NCBI GenBank assembly: GCA_964016885.1
Contig: OZ024755.1
Span: forward strand, 13,764,001-13,828,000
Direction of reading: 5' to 3'
Length of the DNA stretch: 64,000 nucleotides
Origin: Eledone cirrhosa
Lineage: Eukaryota
The translations under genes and the position numbers were made by a program. This document shows positions 14,816 through 27,562 of the stretch, piece by piece (the stretch's first letter is position 1; every line of letters starts with the position of its first letter). A model generated the notes under the pieces. It was given only the letters and a program-made list of their open reading frames with translations. It searched no databases and had not been told where the DNA came from.

Positions 14816-15529
14816 TGACTCCCTTTCGCTTTACGGAAATTCTGGTTACAGAATTCCATGCCTACGGAAATTGTGAATTATGACCACTTATTTCAAGATC
14901 TAATCTGTATTTATTACATCCCTAAGTTATTAGTATTGTTCATGTCTTCTAATTGATCCAGGAGAAATTGTAGGGTTTCAGATACTTCAGCCACACGGCA
15001 ACATGATTCTTTTTCACACAACACTATTCATAATTTTCAAATGGAATGGACTTACATCGGTTTTCATGTGCCTATTTATGAACCAAACTTGTAACTGGTT
15101 GACCTTTCTACAGACACGTGCACTGGTTTCGTAATTACAGATATAGTCCATCTGAATGGCTCCCCTACAATTTCCATCAACTGAATTTCACTTTCCCTCA
15201 CAAGGCACGGGTCAACCTGAGGCTATGGTAAATGCTACTTCCCCAAGATGCGTCGTAATAGGTTAGAACTCGGTACTTAATGATTGTGAAGCAAACTCCT
15301 TCACTATTTGGCCATGTTGTGTCCACTGTTATTAAATAAGAGTGAACATCTGGAGTGTTATAACTTCGAGTTTGTCTGTTGTAATGCGCTTAGAAGCGAA
15401 CTGTATGGCTTTAGAAGGTTCTTGGATGATAGAAAAGTAAAGTCTATTTTTAAAAAAAATGATAATTTAGATAATTTGGAAATTGTATAAGTTGGGACTG
15501 TATAATTACATCGTATTTTACCTTCGATC

Positions 15530-16125
15530 TGTATAAACCAGTTCATCATATCGGTGGTGGTTTTTCTATAAATACAGTTTTATGGAGAACGCTCAAGATT
15601 ACGTCTAATATATTTCAGATTTGGCAGACTTATTGGCCTACATTTCGACGTGTTATTGAAGTGGTCTTCGTGTTCGTTGAGTGTAACGTATTTCTATTTC
15701 TTGGCTATGCAGTTGAAAGTTTGTGTGTTGTGTTTGGTGGCTAATTGTTTTACATGTGCATGGTACTTGAACCGAAGAAATGATATAACAAATTTCCGAC
15801 TTTTGAAATATCTTTAAAAGTGCGTGGAATTCTTTGGGTTTTGTGCCTTCTGTAGGTATATAAAATACATCTATATATGTTTGTATATACTGTGCATTTC
15901 TGACCTATTATTTATCTTTGTTTGGGTTTTTTCGGCTGATGAATATGGCCTCTTTAATCCTTAAAAACCTCAGTGTCTTGGCTCTAGCATCTGTCAAGAT
16001 GTTTTTTAACGGAAGAGGCTCTCCTTGATCCGTATGTATAGCTTCCTTATGGTACTTCCGATGTACAAGGAGCATGTTTTTAATGTGATATTATAGAACA
16101 CACATGCTTTCATGCACACATCTAC
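15530..16125 (-). pseudogene. Decayed Penelope-like element remnant (GIY-YIG endonuclease plus an RT-thumb fragment)
   Basis: Minus strand 16120-16020 VCMKACVFYNITLKTCSLYIGSTIRKLYIRIKE; 15990-15910 ARAKTLRFLRIKEAIFISRKNP; 15610-15540 LDVIL...YRKTTTDMMNW. Confidence 0.75.
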
Positions 16126-16827
16126 AGGAATGCGCACAATAACTATCACGGAGATCTTTTATTTATTTATATATTTATTTCGTCTGGAATGCTTTCTGCT
16201 ACAGCTAACGAATTAATAGTTCAGAAAAGAATTTAGTTGTGCAACTAACTTAAATTCAGAAAACTGTTTATTTTACACCTGGTGAGAATTCAATTTTTTA
16301 ATTAAAAAATTAAGCGCGATCTGTTTCACAGATTAGCAGATAAGAAGTTGAAATTCAAACAAAACTAGAAGATTTTTTTGCAGCTATTATACTAATTAGC
16401 AGCAATGTTGAAAAACATTTGACCATTCTCTGATTAAAGACTCTTTTAAACGGCTGATACAAAATAATTTAATTATTGGATCAAAAACGTGTTGTACTCT
16501 CAGTGCACCTAGTGTGTGTGTGTTCCTTCTATTTGATTGAAATTTAATCAAAGAAGACGAAATCTCATTTTTAAGAGAAAATGATGCTTTGGGTATTATT
16601 TTAACAAAACCGTATCTTTCGTGAAATGCAGGATTAAAAATAAATAGGATTTGTGTGTATTGATTTGACATTTTGGTTTTTAATTTTGTTTTTACAGTTT
16701 AGTCAGAAGAAAGTCTCCTCAAATTAGAGACTTGGCATGAAAGCTTGCAACAGAATGGCCTCTGCGAAACGCAACCAAGGTTCAAGTTGAACAAACGTTT
16801 GAATATATTATTTTCAATATTAACTAT

Positions 16828-16985
16828 AGCGGTGGATTTGGCAGAATCGTTAGAGCGCCAGAAAAATACTTCGCAATATTTCTTCCGACGTATAACGTTC
16901 TAAGTTGAAATCCCTCCGAGGTCGATTTTGCTTTTCATCTTTCCGGGTCAATAAAATACCAGATTGCAGGCCATGTGCCTAAAAT
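16828..16985 (+). mobile_element. SINE family A
   Basis: Same head and TTTTCATCTTTCCGGGTCAATAAAAT core as 10486. Confidence 0.7.
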
Positions 16986-17101
16986 CAATGTGTGTTGGAC
17001 ATGCATCTGTTCAGACGGTGGGTGTTCCAGTTGTTTAAACAACGAAACACGTGTTTCGTGAAATTAACGTCCAGGTGCCTGAACATTCCCCAGATAGGTC
17101 T

Positions 17102-17336
17102 TTAACCCTTATAATATCAAACCACCCCATGGTTCTACAATACAAAGCTGTTTATTTTTAAAAGTATATATTTATCTAAAACAATCTTCATGGTGATTTA
17201 ATATAAGAAACTTTAAGTTACATTCCAAAGATCAATTCAATATTAAAAAATCTCTCCAAATTCTAAATTATTTCCAAATCTATTTGAAAATCCCAGGCAG
17301 CATAATTTATTAGAAATATGGTAACGAAAAGGTTAA
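17102..17336. mobile_element. piggyBac-like MITE
   Basis: TTAA-CCCTT at left and AAAGG-TTAA at right (TTAA target duplication); interrupts a family B SINE tail; related end CTTTCGTTACCATA at ~47551. Confidence 0.6.
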
Positions 17337-17737
17337 TGTATCAGTCTAAGGAAGCAGGGGTAGCCCACAAAGCCCCATAGCCTTCACTGCCCTACCAGAT
17401 CGATAAGCTATCATTAGAAAACTTACAGAATAAATAGACATGTATTATTTTCTTATTACATGCAGACAGTTAATCTGACAGGATACTATGCAAACCTCTT
17501 CAAAAGATTTGGAGGTTGCATGAGATGCCATCATAATCTTGAAAAACAGTTTTTTTTTTCTCGCAGCATATTTTTAACATGCAAAGTAATACTTTATTCA
17601 TCAATCAGTGAAAATAACTTTCCAGCATGTATATTATGTGTGTGTATGTATACATTCAGATACATAAACACACACACTCATACTCACACACGCACATATA
17701 TATTGCATATATACATACACACATATATACATATCAT

Positions 17738-17831
<94 letters not shown>

Positions 17832-18473
17832 TAATATTATAGTGACGGACTAACGCCGTGTAGCACTAAAAGCTGTCTGAAGTTTTCTTGGTTTCTTCTT
17901 CCATCTTAGTGTTTTTGCATTTCACTTTTTATAGATTGTACTCTCTTGATGTCAATGTTGATGTGGAAATTGCCACCGGTTGTCAGTAGCTACCTTATTT
18001 TCCTGACAACGAGACGGATTTCCTCGAGTAATCAATCACATTTTATGTTAGTACTAAAAATGCATTCTAGTCTATTGATTGATTTCGCTGGTATTGTAAT
18101 AGGGAAATTCCAATTGCCTCATCTTCCTCATGTCTCATTTAGTATCTGAGTTTCTTCTAGATTTATTCAAATTACCAGTGTAGGTTGGAGAATGTATTTT
18201 TATCTTTCTGACGATATTTATAGTTTTTAATTATTCAAACCAGAAGTTATGTACAAAGACATTTATTAGTCGGTTTTCTGTCTGTCTGAAAATTTTTTTT
18301 CTGAATTTATCGAAAGATATCGCCATCAGTCATAAGCAGTCTTCATTTTGATCCTATATAATACCTTATTAGGTCGACTTTTTTTGTCAAGCTTCCAGAT
18401 TTGCATCGATGTTGCCTGCACAGGCTTGGATCAGCTCGGGGCTATGATATAGACACTTGTTCAAGATGCCATG

Positions 18474-18815
18474 AACTCCCAGGTCCCAAATAATAGGGGG
18501 GGGGGGGCGGATAAGCGGGGTGATGAAAAATGTGTAATTACTCTAGGTTCTCTCCGTTAATGTTTAAAACCCCACAGAAATTACTAATTTAGTTTACATA
18601 TTGAGACTCCCAAACCCATCCTATTTATTTTATAACGTATGAAATTTTTAGTAATGTAGTTTTTTGTCATGTATAATGTTTTTTAATGTCTAAAGGAAAT
18701 TAAAATAAAATTTCGTTGGAGATAGACTTGCAAAATTTGATAAGAGGTGAAGTTGGAAACATTCTGAAAAAATAAAAAGCTGTGGGGAGGGACGATTATT
18801 CGAGACCCGAGAATA
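18474..18815. mobile_element. Tc1/mariner-pogo type MITE nested in a family C SINE
   Basis: Imperfect ~20-bp TIRs ACTCCCAGGTCCCAAATAAT / ATTATTCGAGACCCGAGAATA; SINE C halves at 18390-18473 and 18816-18872 rejoin collinearly. Confidence 0.6.
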
Positions 18816-19110
18816 GGAAGGTCACACTCGAGACCTCACATTATCGAAGCGAACATTTTAACCATTCAACCAAGCCTACGTCTACATTGAGATATTACAA
18901 TTCTTGCTAACTCAATGGCGATTACACCATCACTACTGTTAGTCTCACAATATATCGACTCTGTCATTTGAAAGTCTGTTATTGTAATGAATTTCTTGTC
19001 TATTTTCAAAGCCAAGACAACACATATAACAACAGCTCTGGACACATACAAAGACACACACACGCTCTTTCTTTCTCACACATACATATATATACCTATG
19101 TATAAATTTC

Positions 19111-19156
<46 letters not shown>

Positions 19157-19986
19157 AAATATATGTATGGGTATATATATATATATATATACTTATATAC
19201 ATATACGTATGTGTACATGTATGTATATATGTATATATATAAGCAAATACACATTCATATACATTTAGGAGTGCATTTAACATCTTTACTTTCACTTGGT
19301 GATATCGATTTCTCTAAGTCCAGACATTCTATTTAACTTATATTCAATAAATATTCAATTTTTTTTTATTTCAATAAATAGAATTTAGTTTAAAGCATTT
19401 ATACTTTAATGGTATTTCAATAGAATTCGCGGAAACACAATCAGCACAGAGGTTTTTGCTGTTATTGCTGTTGTTGGTTTTGAAGAAATTGGAATAGAGA
19501 AAATATACTTAGTTGCATAAACACACTACTTTCAAGAATGTTCCCAACATACATTGGGACACTCAACCACCATTAACATTCAGTAAACAACACACACACA
19601 CATATATATATACATGTATATATATATTTATTTATATATATACAGATATACATACATATATACGAATACATACATGAACATATATACATAGATACATACT
19701 CACACATATATATATATAAATACATACATATACTTACAAACACATACACGCGCACACACATTTATATACATACATATATATATATATGTATATATATATA
19801 CATACATGTGTGTGTTGGTGTTGAAAGTTTGTGTTACGAACAAAATAATGAGATCTCAATGAATTTAGTAGACTAGGACATTTAATTTCACAAAGATTTA
19901 GATTTCATATCAAGACAACCATCCGGCACGAAACTCCGAGGACAATGAAACTTTATATGGCTGTATAAATATATATATATATATAT

Positions 19987-20170
19987 AGGAAAAGAGTCAG
20001 GACCTCTGCGGCTGAACTCTGGCCGTTTCGACAGCTAGATAGATGTCGAAATGGCCGGAGCTCAGCCGTCGGTGTCCTGACTCTTTTCCTATTAACCACT
20101 CTACTACACTAAGTATCGAGTAATCTGGTGCGTTACGGTCCACCTTCTTCCATACCACACTTTCTTCGTA
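19987..20170 (+). mobile_element. Fold-back mini-element family H1, copy 1
   Basis: Inverted arms spanning 19987-20090 (AGGAAAAGAGTCAGGAC...GTCCTGACTCTTTTCCT), 80-nt tail ending CTTCGTA, TA repeats on both sides. Confidence 0.8.
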
Positions 20171-20339
20171 ATATATATATATATGTATGTATATACAATA
20201 TATACACATACACACACGCGCACGCACTCACACACATAAACCTACGTATGTTAAATATTGGGATTAGTCAGTGGGATAAAAAAATATTCACTTACTTTCA
20301 ATAAATCCCTACCATTTCCATTTGTAAGGAATTCGTAGG

Positions 20340-20570
20340 ATAGCGAAAATTGGGAGAGTAAAAAATTCATCAGGGGACGTTCTCAGTAGAGGAGCTAATT
20401 TCAAATGACCGCTAGAGGTGAAGATTTTTCAAAGGGAGACAAGTCACAAGTAATTCATTGTCATAGGGTATTGTAAATGAGTGAGACGCCAAGGAGATGA
20501 TCTGATGGTGGTGAGGGGTTAAAATATTGTTAAATATGTTTAATGTGCAGTAGGGAGATGTTGACATGAA
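20340..20570 (+). mobile_element. Possible CR1/L2-group LINE 3' end remnant
   Basis: Degenerate translation ..KIF..IVNE*DA..LNMFNVQ* resembles the RVVNxWNxL...NxFKxxLD terminal motif. Confidence 0.3.
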
Positions 20571-20972
20571 GATCTGAAAGTTTAATACACGAAGTACCAA
20601 CGAATAGTTGCAGTTACGATGATAGATTAAAGTATTGAATGGAGAACTGATATGAAGCCAAATAGGTTCAATTCATCAAACAACCACGAATAGTTACAGT
20701 AACGATTATAGATTAAACTATTTTAAGACGGGGAAGAAGCAGTATACAGTATAGATGCAGAACAAAAGTGACAGAAGTTAGTAAAAGGGACATATATGAA
20801 AACACACAATTACAGTTGCATGCATATATATATATAAATATAAATTCAGCGAGAATCGTATTTCGGCCGGTAGAAAAAGCGAAACGAAACGCAAAATCGT
20901 AGAAATGCTGGCAAGCGCTCCAATAGTTAAGAAAACTAGAGCTAAACAATATGTTAAAACGCCATACATATG

Positions 20973-21004
<32 letters not shown>

Positions 21005-21893
21005 CGCATATACATCTAGACACGCATGTAAATGTTTTAACTCTCATTACAGCAAATAAACCTTAACAACCCTCATAATACTGTCAGCCGCGACCAAGAG
21101 CCAGACGACATATTAAGGCCCGAGAAGGGTGACAGTCTTCACACTTAAGGGTTGACACATACACATAAACGCAAAAAAGACGACTAAATGTCAAATTAAA
21201 ATATTTTACGTCGCAAAAACGGTGGTAAATTTCGCTTCAAAGCATTACAGGGCCAATTAAATTTCCACAGCGAAGGTGAATGTATTTATTAGATTCTTCA
21301 ACGTGACTGGGCTTATAACATTTCCACTTTTCCGAAAATATCTTCTTCAGTCTTCGAAATGTTTTTAGCCGCTCAGTAAAACAAAGAATTGATTCGGAAT
21401 ATGAAGATATTGGGGGTGAGACATATCTGTCAGAAGTGTGACTCTGAAAAATTGAAACAAAATACCTATTTTTACCAGAGAAAAAAAAACAACCTGGAGA
21501 GTAATTTGCACAAGCGAATCTAAAGATCTAGTTTTCAAAGACGTGATATAGTTAACAATCTTTTTTGTTAGTACTGTATTTTAAAATTATTTTTTTTTAT
21601 CTTTGAAGATATTTTATATCCCCAAAGAGAGAATAATTTCTGCCGATATACAAAGCTAATGTGAAAGCCAAAAAAACTGTGTTCCCCAATACTTCTGTTC
21701 TGACGCCTCACTGCACTTAAATCTATTCCATGAAGCATCAATAAAGAATAAGTAGGTTCGTTTCCCACTAGGCTATCAATTTTTATTTGATTTAGTATTC
21801 AATATACTAATATAATACAATATATATATATATGTCTGTGTGTGTATATACAAATGTATAAGTATATAAATATATATATATATATATATGTAC

Positions 21894-21924
<31 letters not shown>

Positions 21925-22448
21925 CACACCCACAAAAATACAAGATATACAACCCAAATATTTCCCGTTAAATATTAGTTTATGCATCGGTAAAAAAAGT
22001 TAACATTAAAAAATTACACATTAATTATTTTATATTCTTGTTTCTTTTTCAAGACAATTACCAACAATTATAATCTGAAGCAATATAATAAGCAATTTAT
22101 CGCATAATATCATCAGAGCGGCAGAAAATATGAAAAATATATCGAAAAATGTAGCTCTCAAAACTGTAGCTTTTAAAACTTTTGTATCATTTTTTTTGTT
22201 CTTAAACGTAACAAAGCCGACAGAATGACTCTTTTATCTGAAGAGGTTTTAATGGAATAATTTAGATTGTTTCTGTTCCTTTTGTCTTCTTCGTTATAGG
22301 CAGTATGCTAGACAATGTGTGCTCTTAAAATTTATACTAATCTATAGATACAAACATACATGCCCAGAGGCCTAGTCATATGCTCAGAAACACAAATATA
22401 CAGGCGTACTTAAATACACACACACACATACACACACAGATGCCTATG

Positions 22449-22518
<70 letters not shown>

Positions 22519-22727
22519 ACACACACACATACACACATATATATATATTCATATGTATACGTATATATTCATATGTATATGTATATATTCATATATATAT
22601 GTATATATATATATATATATACATATACATATGAATATATGCATATACATATGAATATATGCATATACATATGAATATATATACGTATACATATGAATAT
22701 ATATACTATAAATATATATATATATAC

Positions 22728-22808
<81 letters not shown>

Positions 22809-23018
22809 ATGTGTGTGTATATATATATAATATATATTTAAGACATTTTGATACTGATAGTGGAAACAGATTATCTGATTATTCTTTGAACCAACTTAAA
22901 GTCGATTAATGTATGTATATATGTGTATAACTATTGTTGTTTAATGAGTACTTGGCTTTAAGTTGTGGTGCTTTCCCTCCCAGACATGAATATTTCCCCA
23001 ATCATACATGTGTGCGTG

Positions 23019-23076
<58 letters not shown>

Positions 23077-23086
23077 ATATATATAT

Positions 23087-23293
23087 AGGAAAATGTTCAA
23101 GACCCCGACGGCAGAGCTCAAACCGTTTCGACGGCTATTTCTGGACTCTATTTCAGTCCAGAAATAGCCGTCGAAACGGCTTGAGCTCTGCCCTCGTGTT
23201 CTTGAACATTTTTCTATTACCCACTCTACTACCCAAAGTATTGAGTACTCTGGTGCGTTATGGTCCACCTCGTTCCTTACCACACTTCCTTCG

Positions 23294-23296
<3 letters not shown>
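23087..23296 (+). mobile_element. Fold-back mini-element family H1, copy 2
   Basis: ~61-bp arms 23087-23147 / 23155-23215 with loop CTATTTC, same 80-nt tail, TA repeats on both sides. Confidence 0.8.
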
Positions 23297-23335
<39 letters not shown>

Positions 23336-23462
23336 TAAGGTAAAAGACTAATTGTCAGCGTTATCTTTTGCATTTATATTCTATATCCAAACCTGCATTG
23401 TTCTGGCCTTCTAACTTCAAACATATATATATATATATGTTTTACCTTAATTTATTAGTATA

Positions 23463-23499
23463 TCCTGATATTTCGAGATAATATCTCTTCGTCTGAGGA
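23463..23499 (-). ncRNA. Minimal type I hammerhead ribozyme motif (U4->A) in the PLE 3' region
   Basis: TCCT-CAGACGA-a-GAGAT-att-ATCTC-GAAA-TA-TC-AGGA: stems I and II pair perfectly, one core substitution. Confidence 0.7.
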
Positions 23500-24508
23500 A
23501 AGTAAAGGGGTTAACCCAGTGTTCGAAGTGAGTTGCCAAGTCAAGCTGACCGGAAGGAGTATAAAATTCCATTCTACTTCTAATGTCAAAGAGTGGAGGT
23601 ATGTGCAGGTCAAGTGGATAAAGAGTTGTCTCACTTTAAAGGGTTTGGACATGTATGCCTAAGTGTGTGTGTGTGTGTGAGAGAATACGTAATGGTGTAA
23701 GCATGCGTGTGTGTGTGTGTGTGTGAGTGTGAGAGGATACGTGGAGATGTAAATATGGGGGCTAGATGCTCTATCATGTTAAACATTGGGTGTTGAGTTC
23801 TAATCTATTATTGATTGGTGGTTGCGTTTTGTCTATAATTAATGCTTTTTTTAATTCTAAGATTGCCGAGGTTTCTTTCTTTAGCTTCTATCCTAACTAT
23901 TATGTTTTTGTTGATGTTTTTACATTTCTCCAGGTGTTTCTTAAATGAGGAAGCATTAGTGTTGAGGTGTTCTTTTATTCTAATGTGAATTGGTCTAGTG
24001 GTGCTCCCAATGTAGAAATTGCTACATTTATCGCACTCTAATCTGTAGACGACGTATGCTTGATGGCATAGGTCTGTGTCGTCGATGGGGCAGGTGGCCA
24101 GCGTGCAGCGGCTGTATTGTCTGGTGGAGTGTCTCTTGGCTAGCTGTCCGCATAGAGAAGTGCCTGAGTGGGCTAGCTGGATATCTAGTCCCTCTCGTCT
24201 GATAGCCCTGCGGATGGCTGTAGTAGTTTCATCACTAAGTGTGGGAGCTTCAGGAAGCAGGTGTTAGTGCTTGGGGTGTGGTGTCTGCTGTTGTTTCTGG
24301 CACGGTTCGCGGTGGACGTCGGGTATCCGTTCAGTCTAAGTACTTCCAGGAAGTGTGTAGTGTGTGTGTCTCGGACTCGTGCGTCGGTGCATTTGTTCCA
24401 GATACGTGTCAGTTCGTTCCTGAAATGTACGAACAGGTCCCTGCTGGCGGCTTTTTCGTAGAATCAGGTGTGGATGTCGCCTTCCTCTGTTACCCTGAGT
24501 TGGAAGTC

Positions 24509-25255
24509 TCATAGGGATAGGGATCCACGATCATCGGGATGTTCCATGCTGAACTTTATATTGGCGCCCATGCTGGAGAATGTCATGTATATTTTATTCG
24601 CTCCCTCACGGGATGATGTAAGGATGAGTATGTCATCTAGATATCGGGTGAAGAAGGTATAGGAATGGTAGGTGTTGAGGGCTCGGCATTCCAGCTGGTT
24701 CATATAAGTGATGGCCAGCAGGCCCGATAGGCTGGATCCCATGGGTAATCCTGTTGTCTGCCTGTATGTGTGATGGTGGCAGGTGAAGTATGTGTTGTCC
24801 ACCGTGAAGGACAAAAGCTGGTGTATGTCCGTCGGATGGGGGCCGTAGCAGTTGACGTCTTCGGCGACCACGCAGTCCGTCAATAAATCGACAGCTGGAT
24901 GAGCGGGGATTGTAGTGTAGAGGGAGACAACGTCGAGGCTGAAGGCGTATCTATTGAGTTTAAGTTGTTCTGGCTGGAGTTGGTGTAGTATACGTATAAT
25001 CTCGTCGGAGCTACTGACATGCCCGGGAAAGGTAGAGATTAAAGGCTTTAGGACCTGGGAGAGGAGCCAGGAAATTTTGTATAGGGGCTCTTCTATGCTA
25101 GAGACGATGGGTCTTATTTGTGTCTTAGTACTATTCTTGTGGGTGATAGAAAGTGGGCAGTCTGCTATTTCTAGTGATGTAATTGGACATAAATTTATTT
25201 GGCAGTTGTCTTCTACTACAGATGTCGAACCAAATGGATTTGGCCTGTTTTTCAA
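24509..25255 (-). pseudogene. PLE reverse transcriptase core (longest surviving open frame)
   Basis: RPIVS, SLDVVSLYTTIP, GLPMGSSLSG and YLDD motifs in the 248-aa ORF. Confidence 0.9.
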
Positions 25256-26440
25256 TCTGGGCTTCAGTTATGTCCAGGACCTCTGTACAGTTTTTTGTCG
25301 CTTAAGTGTTTAAAATCTAGGTTGTTGTACATGGCTTGAGAGATGACACAAAACTCTTTCCCTTTGTCGGATGGTAAGAGATGAGTTCCCTTTTCCGCAG
25401 GTTCTTCAGGTCGAGTTGTTGCGTCCTGGATAGGTTTGGGGCTATCTTCCTCTGTTTCCGTAAGATGTTAAATACGGAATGTTTTAGCCTCGAGAGTTTT
25501 TCTTCCAGCTCGCGGCTGGCAAGCGGTGGACAGAGTGGGCGGTCTAGTTGGTATATCGGGAATCTAGTTGTGTTAGGTTCCGTGGTGTTGTTGCCGAGGG
25601 TCGATATCCATTTTAGTTGGTAGGCAGCCCGACAGAAATTCGTTTCTATGTCGAGTCATAACTTGTCGCCCAGTCTCTGTTTTAATATGAACTTGGGACC
25701 CAGGCTGAGGAGGTCTAGTTCATCTCGGGAGAGGGATCCTGTCAAGTCTGTGACAAGGTGTTTTGTGTCAGGTGTATTGTTGGTCGGGGCGCCGCTAATT
25801 TCGATGTTGGTAGTGCCTTGTTTACCTCTGTTGGTGCTTAGAGTTGGGCTGTTGTTAGGACGGTCAGCCGCGCTGAGTTTGCTTTAAGCGTATTTTCTCG
25901 TAATCTCGGCGATAGTAGTAGGACCTGTCTATAGCGGCGGAAATTACTCCGAGCAGAGGTTCTGGAGTTTCAGTGAGTTACGGTAATAGGCTGGAAATTG
26001 GCCGTATGTGTTGTTGTAGCGTGCGGTGTAGGTGTTGTAGGAGTTTTCTAAGGCAGAATTTGTGTATGTAGCTAAGTGATTGTTTGAGGCCTGGTGATTT
26101 GAAGCATGTTGGTAGGTGCAGATTTTTGATTGTTTCTGGATGATGTTGCTATTCACGCACCGTTTGAGGAAGTTTATTTGGCAGCCGGCTTTGGCGCGCC
26201 TTTCAGACAGCTGGAAGAGTTTCTTTCCGGTTGAGAGAGGATTGACATATTCATTAATCTAATCTGCCTTGTGCTTGTATGCGTATTTCTGAATTTCATT
26301 CGTTTGTCAAGCGTTCTGATCTGAGATCGTGCGTTGGTCTGAAAACTATTGTATCCTATAGAATGATTATAGAAATTTAAAACACATATAAACGGTGAAA
26401 TTCGGTTTTACTTTATTATTATTTGTTTTAATAATAATTG

Positions 26441-26598
26441 TTTATACTTTTGGCACAAGGCCAGTAAATCCCCAGTGCATTACTGGTACTTTATTTTATC
26501 GACCCTGTAAGGTTGAAAGGCAAAGTTAACCTCGGCGGGATTTGAACTCAGAATAGCAAGGGCCGTAACTCTATGCGTCAAAGCATGGCGTCCGACCG
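26441..26598 (-). mobile_element. SINE family A (short form)
   Basis: Reverse complement of the 10486 element body. Confidence 0.75.
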
Positions 26599-26699
26599 TG
26601 TGGTTTACCATAGCCTCAGGTTAGCTGAGGCAGTGTGAGTGAAATTGTATAGTCGAAAATGATTTGAAATTCAATGGATCGACTGTACTTGTAATTTAA

Positions 26700-26950
26700 T
26701 AGGCCACCCTTGTCACACGATATGTCACCCTGAATTTAGTTCAGAATTACGTTAAGGGTTCGGTATATTACAAAGTGAGCTGTATTTGTAATTTAAAGTG
26801 ACAGCCTTGTTACACAGTCACGCTGAATTATGTTAAGGGTAGAAAGGTATCTGTGGAATTTTCAGCCACATGCACCTTAATTTAACAAGAAGGCTGTTCC
26901 ATTAGTCGAACAACTAAAATACCCATCGTTGATATCTACGGAGATCCATT
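26700..26950 (+). mobile_element. SINE family B tail with internal duplication
   Basis: CCTTGTCACAC..GTCACCCTGAAT..TTACGTTAAGGGT present twice, then the tail shared with 5707-5930. Confidence 0.6.
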
Positions 26951-27133
26951 CCATTCTTATATCTTTGAATCTGGCTTTAGCTAAGTGACTTATCTGTAAT
27001 CAAAATCTCGCACCTGTTTTCGTATTGTAAGGAGAGGTGACTTTCATATGTCACTAACAGCATTGCAGTCAGATATATTAAAAATGTTACTTCACATTGA
27101 ATAAAGTGGCAATCACAACAATATTTCTTGTTG

Positions 27134-27166
<33 letters not shown>

Positions 27167-27169
<3 letters not shown>

Positions 27170-27317
27170 CAAAGGAATTGTGGTAAGGAACCAGATGGAC
27201 CATAACGCAACAGAGTACTCAATACTTAGGGTAGTAGAGTGGGAAATATGAAAAAGTATGACCAGAAATAGTCGTCGAAACGGCTTGAGCTCTGCCGTCG
27301 GGGTCATACTTTTTCCT
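27167..27317 (-). mobile_element. Fold-back mini-element family H1, copy 3 (most of the second arm deleted)
   Basis: Minus strand AGGAAAAAGTATGACCCCGACGGCAGAGCTCAAGCCGTTTCGACGACTATTTCTGG joined directly to TCATACTTTTTC and the tail. Confidence 0.75.
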
Positions 27318-27346
27318 ATATATGTATATATATATATATATATATC

Positions 27347-27467
27347 GCGGTAGAACACTGGAAGGTAATATCCGTAGTGGTAGAGCACTCAGTCCATGGG
27401 ACGAGTTAGGTAGAAGTGGTTACAATTGTTCTCGGTATGGTGAACTAACTGTTGTGTAACCACTCCT
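27347..27467 (-). mobile_element. Fold-back mini-element family H2, collapsed copy
   Basis: Tail matches 51087-51160; orientation switches at ~27423 into ACAATTGTTCTCGGTATGGTGAAC; flanked by TA repeats. Confidence 0.7.
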
Positions 27468-27480
27468 ATATGTATATATA

Positions 27481-27562
<82 letters not shown>

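Larger units (their letters stand above)
23331..26340 (-). mobile_element. Near full-length decayed Penelope-like retroelement (RT plus C-terminal GIY-YIG)
   Basis: Ordered motifs on the minus strand: INFLKRC (~26170), LDLLSLGPKF (~25705), LPSDKGKEFCVI (~25360), IRPIVSS, SLDVVSLYTTIP, GLPMGSSLSG, RYLDD, FYEKAAS, then VVYRLECDKCSNFYIGSTTRPIHIRIKEH (~24055-23968); frameshifts and stops; (CA)n 3' UTR and hammerhead motif. Confidence 0.9.

Noticed and set aside
21050-21760. Possible DNA transposon remnant
   Set aside because: No TIR pair or transposase motif could be identified.
24460-24511. Two in-frame TGA codons in the PLE as possible selenocysteine recoding
   Set aside because: The element has several other frameshifts and stops, the positions are not Cys-like, and the endonuclease is C-terminal; ordinary decay is simpler.
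24076-25887. Plus-strand ORFs overlapping the PLE (also 40399-41118)
   Set aside because: Antisense shadows of the PLE coding strand.
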